The notes below the pieces were generated by a model. It saw nothing but the letters and a program-made list of their open reading frames with translations. It had not been told where the DNA came from and did not search any database. A stretch of DNA of 63,296 nt, filler included, from Desulfonatronovibrionaceae bacterium (GTDB lineage: Bacteria; Desulfobacterota; Desulfovibrionia; Desulfovibrionales; Desulfonatronovibrionaceae), in the NCBI GenBank assembly GCA_046539845.1. It is 3 parts of 3 records of this genome, joined end to end, with 100 filler letters (N's around TTAATTAATTAA, not from the genome) between each part and the next. Parts side by side here need not be neighbours in the genome. Positions count along the whole stretch, not along the records: positions 1 to 24,820 come from JBKHGE010000034.1; 2 more parts are not named here. One strand, 5' to 3'. The translations under genes and the position numbers were made by a program. This document shows, piece by piece, positions 1 through 10,052 of the stretch (position 1 is the stretch's first letter; each line of letters starts with the position of its first letter).

Positions 1-51
1 TTAGGGATTCCTACCTAATGTTAAAGGGCAAGAAAACGCACGAGCCTCTCG

Positions 52-103
52 TTAAAAGCATCAAAAAGGATCAGGTGGATGAAATCCACATCCAACGTCG
101 AGG
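52..103. repeat. 52-bp dispersed non-coding repeat, copy 1 (inverted relative to the copy at 48937-48988)
   Basis: The reverse complement of 52-103 matches 48937-48988 at 50 of 52 positions by manual alignment. Confidence 0.85.
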
Positions 104-158
104 GACCGAAATTAATTTGGCCTCTTGCTGAATAGGGGATACGCGTTCTTTGAGAGGG

Positions 159-743
159 CTAATTATCCCGGAGCAGACTGCTTTTGCAGAATTCAACTGC
201 CATTTCTTCATAGGCCGCGTCCTCCGGGTTGTGCATTACCTTGTTCCGGAATATACCGTTGATAAGGCAGCGCAGAACCGCCACTGTTTCCGGAATGGGG
301 TAGTCCTTGAATTCACCGGACTTAATCCCTTCGCGGAGCGTTTTCTCCAGATAGTTGTCCAATAGCCTTTTTTGCCCTTCCAGAACCTCCCAGCAGACGC
401 TGTATCCCCGGTCGAGCATGGCCGGACAGGCGGAGAGGATCAGTTTGGCCTCGTGCGGATACAGGACGGCTATCTCCGTGTGTTTGCGGAGCAGGTTGGC
501 TATCTTAGCAAGACTGGTATTTGTCTCTCTAGGCAGATCGCAAATGATTTTTTGATATTGATCGAAAAAGTCACGGATGACAATGGAGAATATCTCTTCC
601 TTGCCCCGGAAATGATAATACAGAAGGGGTTCGGTCACTCCGGCTTCCCCGGCTATGCCCAAGGTGGTGGTGTCCTCGAAGCCGTGCTGGGCGAACAGCC
701 TGGCCGCGGTGGAGATTATTTCCTGTTTTTTGTTTCTGGCCAT
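159..743 (-). CDS. TetR/AcrR family transcriptional regulator
   Basis: N-terminal TetR HTH: IISTAARLFAQHGFEDTTTLGIAGEAGVTEPLLYYHFRGKEEI; 194 aa. Confidence 0.92.
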   Translation of the reverse strand: MARNKKQEIISTAARLFAQHGFEDTTTLGIAGEAGVTEPLLYYHFRGKEEIFSIVIRDFFDQYQKIICDLPRETNTSLAKIANLLRKHTEIAVLYPHEAKLILSACPAMLDRGYSVCWEVLEGQKRLLDNYLEKTLREGIKSGEFKDYPIPETVAVLRCLINGIFRNKVMHNPEDAAYEEMAVEFCKSSLLRDN

Positions 744-761
744 CTTGCCTCCTGATGCAGG

Positions 762-2084
762 CTATTCCACCAGGGCGGCAGCGAAATCTTCGCCGCTGAA
801 CGGGCGCAGGTCCTCCATCTTTTCGCCCAGGCCGATAAAGGTGATCGGCAGTCCCCTTTCCAGGGCTATGGCCACCACCACCCCGCCTTTGGCGGTGCCG
901 TCCAGCTTGGTGAGCACGATTTCGTCTATGGGTACTGCTTTGGCAAAGAGATCCGCCTGAGACAGGGCGTTTTGACCTGTGGTGGCGTCCAGGACTAGCA
1001 CTGTCCGATGCGGGGCTCCGGTATGCTTCTGGCCCAGGACCCGCCTTACCTTTTTCAGCTCTTCCATGAGATCCACTTTGGTATGTAGGCGGCCTGCAGT
1101 ATCCACGAATACGGTATCGTAGCCCTCTTGCCTAGCCACTTCAATGGCCTCATAGGCCACCGAGGCCGGGTCTGCACCCGGCTCACGGCTATAGAACCCG
1201 GATCCGGTCCTCTGGGCCCAGATCTCCAGCTGTTCAACGGCCGCGGCCCGGAAAGTATCCCCGGCCACCAGAAGGGGCTTTTTGCCCTGCATCTGGGCCC
1301 GATGGGCGAGTTTGGCTATAGTCGTGGTTTTGCCCACTCCGTTGACACCCATCATCAGGATGACTTCCGGCGGGGGTGGGACCGGTTTCTTGGCCGGAGC
1401 AGGGAATATCCCGGCCAGCTCCAGGCGTAAGAGTTCTTTGAATTGTTCTGGGTCCTGGACTCCCTCCCGGCGTACTCTGGGACGCAGGCGGTCCACCAGC
1501 TCTTGGGTGGCCTGGTAGCCGACGTCGGCCATGACCAATATTTCTTCCAGCTCCTCCCAGAAGTTTTCATCGAATTTCCCGCTGGATTGGAGCAGATCGT
1601 CTATGCGTCTGGAAAGCTGGTCCTTGGTCTTGGTCAGGCCGCTGGAGAGCTTGAGAAAGAGGCGGCTCTGTTCGTCCTCCTCGTCCTCGAGATCCAGGGC
1701 CAAGGCCAGGCGGTACTGGAGTTCGGAGCGAAATTCGCTTATGTGCTCGTAGTCCATTTTGTCCAGCCAGTCCGAGAACTTGGCTATAAAGCTCTGCGCC
1801 TCTTCAGGGGGCGCCTCCAGGATCTCGAACAAAAACAAAAGCCTGGACCACAATAGATCGCCCTTTTTGTCCACATCGCGGAGTATTAGCTCCAACCAAG
1901 CGCTCAAACGAGGCCGGGCCTCCTGCAGGGCCAGACGCAACTCCTCTTGCCAGTCCCCGTCAGGTTCCGAAAGCGGCGACTCCCTCTCAAGGGCCTTAGA
2001 TTCCGCGGTCTGTTCGGTTGTTTTCTCGACTTCTTCGGGTCTGTCCCGGTCCCAGATCTTTTTTATCTTAGAGAAAAAGCCCAT
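762..2084 (-). CDS. ftsY: Signal recognition particle receptor FtsY
   Basis: SRP GTPase motifs GVNGVGKTTTIAKLA, DTFRAAA, DTAGR, TKLDGTAKGG; acidic N-terminal extension. Confidence 0.97.
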   Translation of the reverse strand: MGFFSKIKKIWDRDRPEEVEKTTEQTAESKALERESPLSEPDGDWQEELRLALQEARPRLSAWLELILRDVDKKGDLLWSRLLFLFEILEAPPEEAQSFIAKFSDWLDKMDYEHISEFRSELQYRLALALDLEDEEDEQSRLFLKLSSGLTKTKDQLSRRIDDLLQSSGKFDENFWEELEEILVMADVGYQATQELVDRLRPRVRREGVQDPEQFKELLRLELAGIFPAPAKKPVPPPPEVILMMGVNGVGKTTTIAKLAHRAQMQGKKPLLVAGDTFRAAAVEQLEIWAQRTGSGFYSREPGADPASVAYEAIEVARQEGYDTVFVDTAGRLHTKVDLMEELKKVRRVLGQKHTGAPHRTVLVLDATTGQNALSQADLFAKAVPIDEIVLTKLDGTAKGGVVVAIALERGLPITFIGLGEKMEDLRPFSGEDFAAALVE

Positions 2085-2112
2085 TTGTTCTCCTTAGGGT
2101 GATGCGTCTTGA

Positions 2113-2817
2113 TCAATATACTCCCGTGTCCATCAGATATTTGTCCCAGACTATCTTGCCCTTGTCTTTTCTGTACTTGCGCAACAGTATGTATATCGCA
2201 CCCGTTCCTCCATGCTTGGGCAGGGAGGTGCAGAAGGCCAGGACTATGCGCTTTAAGGGCTCCCGGGTGAGCCAAGTCTGTATTTCCTTTTTCAAGACCC
2301 CCATTTTCAAGGGTGAGCCCTTGCCCCGTCCGGGGATGACCAGCACACAACGGCTACCGCCCAGATAGTGATCCCGCAAGAAGGTAAGCAGAGACACCCG
2401 GGCCTGCTCCGCGTTCATCCCATGCAGGTCCAGGTTGCCCTCGATGCTGTATCGCCCGCTTTTGAGTCTGCGGAATATCTTCGGGTCCAGGCCCTGAACA
2501 TATCCTTCCACGTGTTCATCAGTAAAAGTCAGGTCAAAATTTATCTCCCCGTTGACCAGTTTCTCCAGAGTCCTGGTCGGGTCCTCGCTTTCCGGAGGTC
2601 CGGCTCCGGATTTTTCCGGGGCCGGGGATACGTGGCGCCCTTTTTTTTGGAGCGGCTTAACCCCGGACATGGCTGAGAGGAACAGGGCGGTCTCCTCGTC
2701 CGGGGGCTTTTGTTCGCCTTGGGAGGGTATTTTTTGCTTGGCAGGCTTTTTATCTCCGGCCTTGTTTTTATCCCCGCTTAAATCGAGTTGCTGCAGTTTT
2801 TTGAACGGCTGTTGCAT
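2113..2817 (-). CDS. Smr/MutS2 domain protein
   Basis: Smr motifs LDLHGM, VIPGRGKGS, HGGTGA. Confidence 0.9.
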   Translation of the reverse strand: MQQPFKKLQQLDLSGDKNKAGDKKPAKQKIPSQGEQKPPDEETALFLSAMSGVKPLQKKGRHVSPAPEKSGAGPPESEDPTRTLEKLVNGEINFDLTFTDEHVEGYVQGLDPKIFRRLKSGRYSIEGNLDLHGMNAEQARVSLLTFLRDHYLGGSRCVLVIPGRGKGSPLKMGVLKKEIQTWLTREPLKRIVLAFCTSLPKHGGTGAIYILLRKYRKDKGKIVWDKYLMDTGVY

Positions 2818-2958
2818 ATTTTATGTGGCCATGGTTTGTCGCCGTCTCCCGGTTTCCGCTGCCGGGCCGGCTGGTTGGCGAATACCGGTTCGCTAAGACT
2901 GAGCTTCTGTGGTGTGCCGGCTCCAAAGATTGTTCGGCCGGGAGAAGAGCAGGAGAAT

Positions 2959-3762
2959 TCAGGACTGCTGTATCTTTTTGCGGGCGAAAGTATACATTTT
3001 TTCCGCCTCTGTGAAATCCGGGTTAATTTCCAAAGCCCGTTCAGCGCTTTTAATGGCCTTGTCCCACATCTTGTTTTCCAGATACAGCCGGCCCAGGTTG
3101 AAGTGCAGATACTCATCGCCCGGGCCCAGTTTCAGGGCCTGTTTATAGGCCTTTTCCGCGTCCTCGACCCGGTTGAGTTTACGCAGGGCCATTCCCAGCC
3201 TGTTGAAGATGTGCACCGAAGAGGGGTTCTCCTTGTATGCGTTCTTCAGATGGTCGATAGCCCGGGTATACTCCTCAGCATTCAGCCAAATGTCCGCTAT
3301 TTCGATCTTCAGATCAAAGTCGCCCTCGTGCTCGCGCTCCAGTTTGCGGAATATGGCGTCCGCTTTTTCCACGTCCTTTTTCTGGACCAGCTCCCGCCCT
3401 TCCTGCAGATCTTTCTGCTTTCTCTTTTCCAGCTCCGCATAGCTCTCTCTGGCCGCGGCCGTGATATCTTCCTGCAGGGTGTCGATTATCTCCCGCAGGT
3501 ACTGCAAGAGGTCTTTTTCCTTTCCCGGTTTGTACTCCAACAGGACCGGATAGAGTTCGCGCAGCTGCGGGTTGGAATTCAGCCGGTACACTGCGTCTTC
3601 CACGAGCTGGGTGAATTCCTTCCTTTCGTTCTGCATAAGCGAACTCTTTAAAAAGGTCTGGATGGCGTCGTGCATGGCCGTGACCGCAGCCAGTGGCTTA
3701 CCCTGCTTCAAAAGGGAGTTCAGACTGTTTATCTGGCTTCGGGCCTTTCTCAGATCGGACAT
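2959..3762 (-). CDS. Tetratricopeptide repeat protein
   Basis: C-terminal TPR units (FNRLGMALRKLNRVEDAEKAYKQAL; HFNLGRLYLE...PDFTEA). Confidence 0.85.
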   Translation of the reverse strand: MSDLRKARSQINSLNSLLKQGKPLAAVTAMHDAIQTFLKSSLMQNERKEFTQLVEDAVYRLNSNPQLRELYPVLLEYKPGKEKDLLQYLREIIDTLQEDITAAARESYAELEKRKQKDLQEGRELVQKKDVEKADAIFRKLEREHEGDFDLKIEIADIWLNAEEYTRAIDHLKNAYKENPSSVHIFNRLGMALRKLNRVEDAEKAYKQALKLGPGDEYLHFNLGRLYLENKMWDKAIKSAERALEINPDFTEAEKMYTFARKKIQQS

Positions 3763-3782
3763 ATTATTCCCTTGGATCGGGT

Positions 3783-4910
3783 TTACTTTTCCTTGCCGAA
3801 TCTAGCCATTTTTTCGAACCGCGTAAAGAAGTGCCTGCTGTCGTGCGGACCGGGACCGGCCTCGGGGTGATACTGCACCGCGAAGATGGGCTTTTGCTTG
3901 TGCCGGAACCCCTCCAGGGTGTTGTCGTTTAGGTTTATATGGGTCTGTTCCAGAAAGTCCAGACTGTCTATGTCCACGCAGAAGCCGTGGTTCTGGGAGG
4001 AGATCTCTATTCTGTCCTCAGTAAGGGATTTGACCGGGTGGTTCAGTCCGTGGTGCCCGAATTTGAGCTTGTAGCTGTCCCCGCCCAGGGCCAGACCCAG
4101 AATCTGGTGTCCCAGGCAGATTCCGGCCACCGGATAGTGCTCGGACAAAAGAGAGATATTGTGGATCACGTTCTCAAGCGGAGCAGGGTCTCCGGGACCG
4201 TTGGACAGAAATACCGCGTCCGGGGAAAGGGAGCGGACCTGTTCAAAGGTGTAATGGGCGGGCACGGCCAGGATTTCCAAGTCCCGGGCGTGCAAAAGCC
4301 GTAATATGTTCCATTTGACCCCGAAGTCAAAGACCACGACCCGGGGACGGTTTCCGGACCAGGCATATTTACCCTCTTTTATCTCCGCCGGCCTTGGGCC
4401 GCCGGCCTCCCAGGTATACGGAGCGGCACAGGTAGTTTGCCGCACCAGGTTCGCCCCTTGCATCGAGGGCAGCTCCCCGGCTTTACGTGCCAGACGCTTG
4501 GGGTCGGTTTCCAAAGTGGACATCACCCCCCGCATGGCCCCGTGAATGCGGGTGTGCCTAGTCAAAGCGCGGGTATCTATGTCCTCGATGCCCATAACCC
4601 CGTGCCTTTTCAGATATTCGGGTAAAGATTCCGCGGATCTCCAATTGGAGGGCTCGCGGCAGCATTCCTTGACAATAAAGGCTGCCACCTGGACCCGGTC
4701 CGACTCGATATCCTCCAGATTTACCCCGTAGTTCCCGACCAGGGGATAGGTCATGCATACCATCTGCCCGGAATACGAGGGGTCGGTGAGTATCTCCTGG
4801 TATCCGGTCATTCCAGTATTAAAGATGACCTCGCCCCCGGTTTCCCCGGGTCCGGTGAATGATCTGCCCTCAAAACAGGTGCCATCTTCCAGGGCCAGCA
4901 GAGCTTTCAT
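3783..4910 (-). CDS. carA: Carbamoyl-phosphate synthase small subunit
   Basis: [48 protein letters not shown]. Confidence 0.98.
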   Translation of the reverse strand: MKALLALEDGTCFEGRSFTGPGETGGEVIFNTGMTGYQEILTDPSYSGQMVCMTYPLVGNYGVNLEDIESDRVQVAAFIVKECCREPSNWRSAESLPEYLKRHGVMGIEDIDTRALTRHTRIHGAMRGVMSTLETDPKRLARKAGELPSMQGANLVRQTTCAAPYTWEAGGPRPAEIKEGKYAWSGNRPRVVVFDFGVKWNILRLLHARDLEILAVPAHYTFEQVRSLSPDAVFLSNGPGDPAPLENVIHNISLLSEHYPVAGICLGHQILGLALGGDSYKLKFGHHGLNHPVKSLTEDRIEISSQNHGFCVDIDSLDFLEQTHINLNDNTLEGFRHKQKPIFAVQYHPEAGPGPHDSRHFFTRFEKMARFGKEK

Positions 4911-5656
4911 TATTTCTCCTGCAGTATTTTTTCGATTTTTGGAATGTCTTCGGGCCGGTCCACGCCGTGCGAGACGTGTTCAGTAATGCCCACCAGGATG
5001 TCTATGTCCGCCTGCAAAAGCCGAAGCTGCTCCAGCCTTTCCGCCCGCTCCAGAGGGCTCGGTCCGAGGCGGGAGAATTCCCGCAGCGTCTCAAAGGTAT
5101 AGGCGTACAGACCGATGTGTCCCAGGTAGTATGGTTCCTTCCCCCCCGGATAAGGGATGGGGGAGCGGGAGAAATACAGTGCCCGACCAGACTCTGAGCG
5201 GACCACTTTGACCGTGTTCGGATCCTGGGCCTCTTCAGCAGTTATGGGCCGGGCAAGAGTGGCCGCCTGTACCCGGCCCTGGAAGGGCTCCAGAAGTCTG
5301 GTCAGCATCTCCGGATGCAGGGCCGGTTCATCGCCCTGGACGTTGGCTATGACAGAGTCAGGGGGCAGGTCAAGTTTTGACGCCGCCTCCAGAATCCGGT
5401 CCGTGCCGCTGGCATGGTCCCGGCCGGTCATAAGCGCGGGCACCCCCAGGTCTGCGGCTTGATTGTAGATCCGTTCGTCATCAGTGGCCAGCCAGGTCTT
5501 GTCGATAAGCGGGCACTCCAGGGTGCGTCTGTATACGTGCCAGAACATGGGTCTGCCCAGAATTCGGGCCAATGGCTTCCCGGGAAACCTGCTCGACTGG
5601 TATCTGGCCGGGATGATTGCAAAATATTTGGCTTTGGGTCTGCTTGGTGCACACAT
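4910..5656 (-). CDS. kdsB: 3-deoxy-manno-octulosonate cytidylyltransferase (alternative TTG start at 5677)
   Basis: [46 protein letters not shown]. Confidence 0.96.
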   Translation of the reverse strand: MCAPSRPKAKYFAIIPARYQSSRFPGKPLARILGRPMFWHVYRRTLECPLIDKTWLATDDERIYNQAADLGVPALMTGRDHASGTDRILEAASKLDLPPDSVIANVQGDEPALHPEMLTRLLEPFQGRVQAATLARPITAEEAQDPNTVKVVRSESGRALYFSRSPIPYPGGKEPYYLGHIGLYAYTFETLREFSRLGPSPLERAERLEQLRLLQADIDILVGITEHVSHGVDRPEDIPKIEKILQEK

Positions 5657-5661
5657 AGTCT

Positions 5662-6939
5662 TTAATCCGGGGGACAAAAACGCTCTGCGTCCAGGGCGGC
5701 AAGTATGCGTTCCGCGTTTGTACCGCTCCCGCCTTTACGCTTTTGGAGATAATCCCGGAAATCCGCGCATACTTTCTCCCGGTTCGAGGGAGGCAGGGCC
5801 TCCAAACAATCGGCCATAAAAGCAGGGTCTTCCACTTCGCGGGCCAGACCGGTGGACAAAATCTCCCGTCCAGCCCAGGCGAAATTGAACCAGTGCGGAC
5901 CGATGCACGGGACCACTCCCTGTTCGATGGCCTCTAGAAAGTTCTGTCCCCCGCAGGATACGAGACTGCCCCCGACGTATGCGGAACGGGCCAAGGCATA
6001 GGCGTATTTGAGCTCTCCAAATCCGTCCCAGAGGATGACGCTACCCGGGGCGGCCTTTTCCTGGATTTTGGAGCGCAGACTGTAATTGATCCCCTGTTTT
6101 TTGAAAAAGTCCTCCCAAGTGCGGATGCGGTGCATATGCCTGGGGAAAAGGGCTATTACCGCCGCCGGGTGCCGGGAAAGAAGCGAACGGATGATTTCCC
6201 GGACATACCTTTCTTCCTGTTCCCGCACCGAGGCCAGGACAAAGAGATACGGCCGGGGGCCGAACAGATCGCTCAGCGGATTGTCAACGAAAGGAATCGG
6301 TTCCTCCGGATCCAAGGCGTCGAACTTCATGTTCGGAGCTACAGTGGCCCGGGCAAGGGGAAAGATATCCACATAGCGCCTGGCGTCCTGTTCAGACACC
6401 GCCACTACCTCGTTGGGCCCGTATTTCTTGAGCCGGCTGCCCAGACGCAGATAACGGGCATAGCTCTTGGTGGACATGCGCGCGTTGGCTGTGATCAGCG
6501 GGATGCTGCGCCTGCTGCACTCGCGCATGAACCCGGGCCAGATCTCGGTCTCCAGAAGGACCGCGGCTCGCGGGGTGATACCCAAAAAGGCCTTTTTCAT
6601 GATCCCGGGCAGGTCAAATGGGAAATAAGCAGATACACAGCCCTCCCTGTCCAGGTCGTCGTCCAGGATCTTTTTACCTTCCCGGGTACAGGTGGTGACC
6701 AATATTTTGAGCTCTTTTCGGCTGCGGACCTCCTGCACAAGGCGGACCGCTAGCTGGCATTCCCCCACTGAGGCGGCCTGGATCCATAGGTCGAACGGTC
6801 CTCGGGGCAGGTTCCGGCCCATGCGGGAGGCAAGTCCTTGTCTGAGCCTCGGGGAGAAAAAGGTGAACGGTAGGGCCAAGCCCCAGACTACAGTGTATAG
6901 GAAAAAAAAACAGCAGTTATTCCCGTTTCTTTCCCGCAT
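5662..6939 (-). CDS. waaA: Kdo transferase
   Basis: WIQAASVGE, FPFD, ETEIWP, NARMS, LASVRE, PRH, GGSL..GGQNFLE. Confidence 0.93.
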   Translation of the reverse strand: MRERNGNNCCFFFLYTVVWGLALPFTFFSPRLRQGLASRMGRNLPRGPFDLWIQAASVGECQLAVRLVQEVRSRKELKILVTTCTREGKKILDDDLDREGCVSAYFPFDLPGIMKKAFLGITPRAAVLLETEIWPGFMRECSRRSIPLITANARMSTKSYARYLRLGSRLKKYGPNEVVAVSEQDARRYVDIFPLARATVAPNMKFDALDPEEPIPFVDNPLSDLFGPRPYLFVLASVREQEERYVREIIRSLLSRHPAAVIALFPRHMHRIRTWEDFFKKQGINYSLRSKIQEKAAPGSVILWDGFGELKYAYALARSAYVGGSLVSCGGQNFLEAIEQGVVPCIGPHWFNFAWAGREILSTGLAREVEDPAFMADCLEALPPSNREKVCADFRDYLQKRKGGSGTNAERILAALDAERFCPPD

Positions 6940-6940
6940 G

Positions 6941-7849
6941 TTATTCTCCTTTTTTGGATTGCAGGCCCAGGCGGATGAGTTCCCGGATCAATCCGGGAAA
7001 ATCTATGCCGGCTGCTGCCGCAGCCCGGGGGACTAGGCTGGTTTCAGTCATGCCCGGCAGGGTATTTGTCTCCAGGAGATAGTGCCTGTTCCCGGAATCG
7101 ACTATAAAATCGGTGCGGCTGTAGTCCTTGAGCCCCAGCGCCTGGTGCGCTTCCAGGGCGGACTGCTTCAGAGTGGAAGTGAGTTCTGCACTGATCGGGG
7201 CCGGACAGATTTCCTCGGCCCCCCCCTGTTCGTATTTGCTCTTGTAGTCGAAAAAAGCTCCCCGCTTCGGCCGAATCAGGATGGGAGGCAAAGCCCGGTC
7301 CCCCAGTATGGCGCAGGTCATCTCCAGACCGGACACGAAATCCTCCAGGATGAATTCCACGCCCGGTAGCAGGGAAGCCTTGGCCCGCTCCAGGTCCAGA
7401 TCGTTTCTCAGTATCTCCAGGCCCAGGCTGGATCCGCCGGTGTTCGGCTTGAGCACCGCGGGGTAGGTCTTGACTCTCAAGTCCAGAACCCTTTGCGGAG
7501 GTAGGAGCTGCCACCGCGGAGTAGGAAGGTCACTGTTGATAAAAATCTGCTTGGCCAAGGCCTTGTTCAAGGCCATGAGGGAACCGCGCGGTCCCGCGCC
7601 CTGGTAGGGTACTCCCATGCTTTGCAAAAGGGCCTGCACACAGCCGTCCTCACCGGGCAGACCATGTAGGTTGATAAAGGCGAACTCCACGCCAGTCGCC
7701 TGCCGGGCCAGTTCCTGAAAACCATCGTTCAGATCAAAGGGTAAGACCGTGTGTCCCAGTTCCTCCAGGGCGGCATGGATCTGTCTGGCCCCTTTCAGGG
7801 ATACTTCCCGTTCATTGGACCAGCCGCCGGCAATCAAAAGTACACGCAT
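6941..7849 (-). CDS. ddl: D-alanine--D-alanine ligase
   Basis: GGWSNEREVSL, LHGLPGEDG, KPNTGGSSLG, FFDYKSKY, LETNTLPGMTETSLVP. Confidence 0.97.
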   Translation of the reverse strand: MRVLLIAGGWSNEREVSLKGARQIHAALEELGHTVLPFDLNDGFQELARQATGVEFAFINLHGLPGEDGCVQALLQSMGVPYQGAGPRGSLMALNKALAKQIFINSDLPTPRWQLLPPQRVLDLRVKTYPAVLKPNTGGSSLGLEILRNDLDLERAKASLLPGVEFILEDFVSGLEMTCAILGDRALPPILIRPKRGAFFDYKSKYEQGGAEEICPAPISAELTSTLKQSALEAHQALGLKDYSRTDFIVDSGNRHYLLETNTLPGMTETSLVPRAAAAAGIDFPGLIRELIRLGLQSKKGE

Positions 7850-8408
7850 GCAGATCGACTCCGATCAGTTTTTCCAGTTCGTTCTCTATTTCCAGGGCCT
7901 GGTTTTTGGATCCTTGGATCAGCTTCATTCGGGTTTCGTTGATCCCGTATCTGGAGAAGAGGTCGCTGAAACGGTCGTCTATGCTGACCACTTGGTTGTG
8001 CCTGACTCTTTTGTCGCTGTAGATAATGGTCAGCGGAGTGAAGTAGTCGCGGACACTGATTTGCTCCGGCCAAAACACATGGTGCATTACCGCTTGGGCT
8101 ATCACCGGGTTGCCGGTTTCCTCCATGACTATGCTCGCCCCGAGCTGGCTGTGCGCGCCTCCGTGCCTAATACTGTAGGCCTTGCCGATGTCATGCAGCA
8201 GGGCTGCGGCCTCAAGTACGGGCAGGCATACCTCCAGGCCTGATTTTTGCGCGGCCAGCCCGATCAACCGGGCCACGTCGCGCACTGTTATGCTGTGCGC
8301 CCGGATATGCTCCGGAGTCTTGTACTTGTCCAGCAAAAAGCGGCATTGTTCCGCGTCAGGCGCTGGCCAGCCGGAACAGTCCACGGCCGGAATTGGCGGC
8401 AGGGGCAT
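7812..8408 (-). CDS. HD (HDIG) domain metal-dependent phosphohydrolase
   Basis: HIRAHS, ALLHDIGK, HSQLGA, YSDKRV. Confidence 0.88.
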   Translation of the reverse strand: MPLPPIPAVDCSGWPAPDAEQCRFLLDKYKTPEHIRAHSITVRDVARLIGLAAQKSGLEVCLPVLEAAALLHDIGKAYSIRHGGAHSQLGASIVMEETGNPVIAQAVMHHVFWPEQISVRDYFTPLTIIYSDKRVRHNQVVSIDDRFSDLFSRYGINETRMKLIQGSKNQALEIENELEKLIGVDLHACTFDCRRLVQ

Positions 8409-8633
8409 AAGTGTATTCCGTAAAATTTTTTAAAAGCAGAAAGCCGTTTCCCGGAAAAAAATGGGCAGTAGGTTTGTTTTTCTTGTTCATTGACACTTTT
8501 GACCCCGGACTTTATCTGTAAATCTCGGTCCGGGACAGACAGAATCAAATATCGTCCCTTTCTGGATGTATAATTATGTTCGTCCGGAGGCAAGGGTAAT
8601 TTTTCGCAAACCAGGTCAAAACAGGAGAGGCTT

Positions 8634-8861
8634 ATGTGTCTAGCCGTTCCCATGGAAATCAAGTCGATAGAGGACAATGTGGCTCAGGTTGAGGTTGGCG
8701 GGGTGAAGAATGAAGTCCGTTTGGACATTATTGACGCCGAGCCGCAGGTGGGAGATTTTGTGATTGTCCACGCCGGATTTGCCATCCGCAGACTGGACCG
8801 GGAGGAGGGTCTGGAGACCATTAAATTGTTTGAAGAGGGCCTGAACCTTGAACTTGTTTGA
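8634..8861 (+). CDS. hypC: [NiFe] hydrogenase maturation chaperone HypC
   Basis: N-terminal MCLAVP; VGDFVIVHAGFAI. Confidence 0.96.
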   Translation: MCLAVPMEIKSIEDNVAQVEVGGVKNEVRLDIIDAEPQVGDFVIVHAGFAIRRLDREEGLETIKLFEEGLNLELV

Positions 8862-9936
8862 CAAACTCTCAGACCCGGAGCTTTGCCGCTCGGTCCTGGA
8901 CAGAATCAGGGGGAAGGTAGGGGAACGCCTTAAATTCATGGAGGTATGCGGAACGCATACAGTGGCCATATTTCAGAGCGGGATCCGCAGCGTGCTCCCG
9001 GAAAACGTGACCCATCTGTCCGGTCCGGGCTGTCCGGTGTGTGTGACTCATGAGAGCGAGGTGGCTGCCTTTTTGGAGCTGGCCGGGCAGGACGCAGTAG
9101 TGGCCACCTTCGGCGACTTGATGCGGGTCCCCGGCCCCGGGGGTATGGATCTGAAAAAAGCCCAGGCCGAAGGGGCGCGGATCAATGTTGTCTATTCCCC
9201 GTTCGACGCCCTGGAACTGGCCCGGAAAAATCCTACGGAGCGAGTGGTCTTCCTCGGTGTCGGCTTTGAGACCACCGCGCCTACTGTGGCCGCCACCCTC
9301 AATTTGGCCCGGGAACAGGGAGTGGACAACTTTTTTGTCCTCTCCTTTCACAAACTGGTTCCCCCTGCCCTCAGGGCCTTGGTCCAGGACGGGGAAGTAG
9401 AGTTGGACGCCCTGCTTCTGCCCGGTCACGTATCGACCATAACCGGCCGTCAACCCTATGAGTTTCTGGCCCGGGAATACGGGATACCCTCTGTTATCGG
9501 CGGGTTTGATCCCCTGGACATACTGCGGGCCGTTTTGGAGATGGCCGAGCAACTGGAACAAGGCCGGGCGGAAGTGGTCAACTGCTATAAACGGGCCGTG
9601 GGCGATGAGGGCAATCCCAATGCCCGAAAGATGATGGACAAAGTCTTTTGCGTCCAGGACAGCCAGTGGAGGGGGTTGGGCACCATCCCCCAGAGCGGCC
9701 TGGGGCTGAATGATTCTTTTGCCGCCTTTGATGCGGAAAAGGAATTTGAGCTGGAGATGAAGGATGTCTCCCCGCTACCCGGATGTAGATGCGGGGAGGT
9801 CTTAAAGGGGCTTATCTGCCCGGATGAATGCCCGCTTTTTTCCAAGGTCTGCACTCCGGCCAAACCGGTGGGGCCGTGCATGGTTTCCACCGAGGGTTCA
9901 TGTGCCGCCTATTTCAAGTATTCCCTGGGTCCTTAG
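8848..9936 (+). CDS. hypD: Hydrogenase maturation protein HypD
   Basis: MEVCGTHT, SGPGCPVCV, GFETTAP, PGHVS, GPCMVSTEGSCAAY. Confidence 0.98.
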   Translation: MNLFDKLSDPELCRSVLDRIRGKVGERLKFMEVCGTHTVAIFQSGIRSVLPENVTHLSGPGCPVCVTHESEVAAFLELAGQDAVVATFGDLMRVPGPGGMDLKKAQAEGARINVVYSPFDALELARKNPTERVVFLGVGFETTAPTVAATLNLAREQGVDNFFVLSFHKLVPPALRALVQDGEVELDALLLPGHVSTITGRQPYEFLAREYGIPSVIGGFDPLDILRAVLEMAEQLEQGRAEVVNCYKRAVGDEGNPNARKMMDKVFCVQDSQWRGLGTIPQSGLGLNDSFAAFDAEKEFELEMKDVSPLPGCRCGEVLKGLICPDECPLFSKVCTPAKPVGPCMVSTEGSCAAYFKYSLGP

Positions 9937-10052
9937 GCCCTGTTCGTCCCAACTTAACAGCCTGCGCTAAAGTTTCCCAATGCCAGTAAAGCGTGCGGCG
10001 TATTGATTTGTTTGATGATACTTACTTAAGGATGGATTGAGATTTGGAAACC

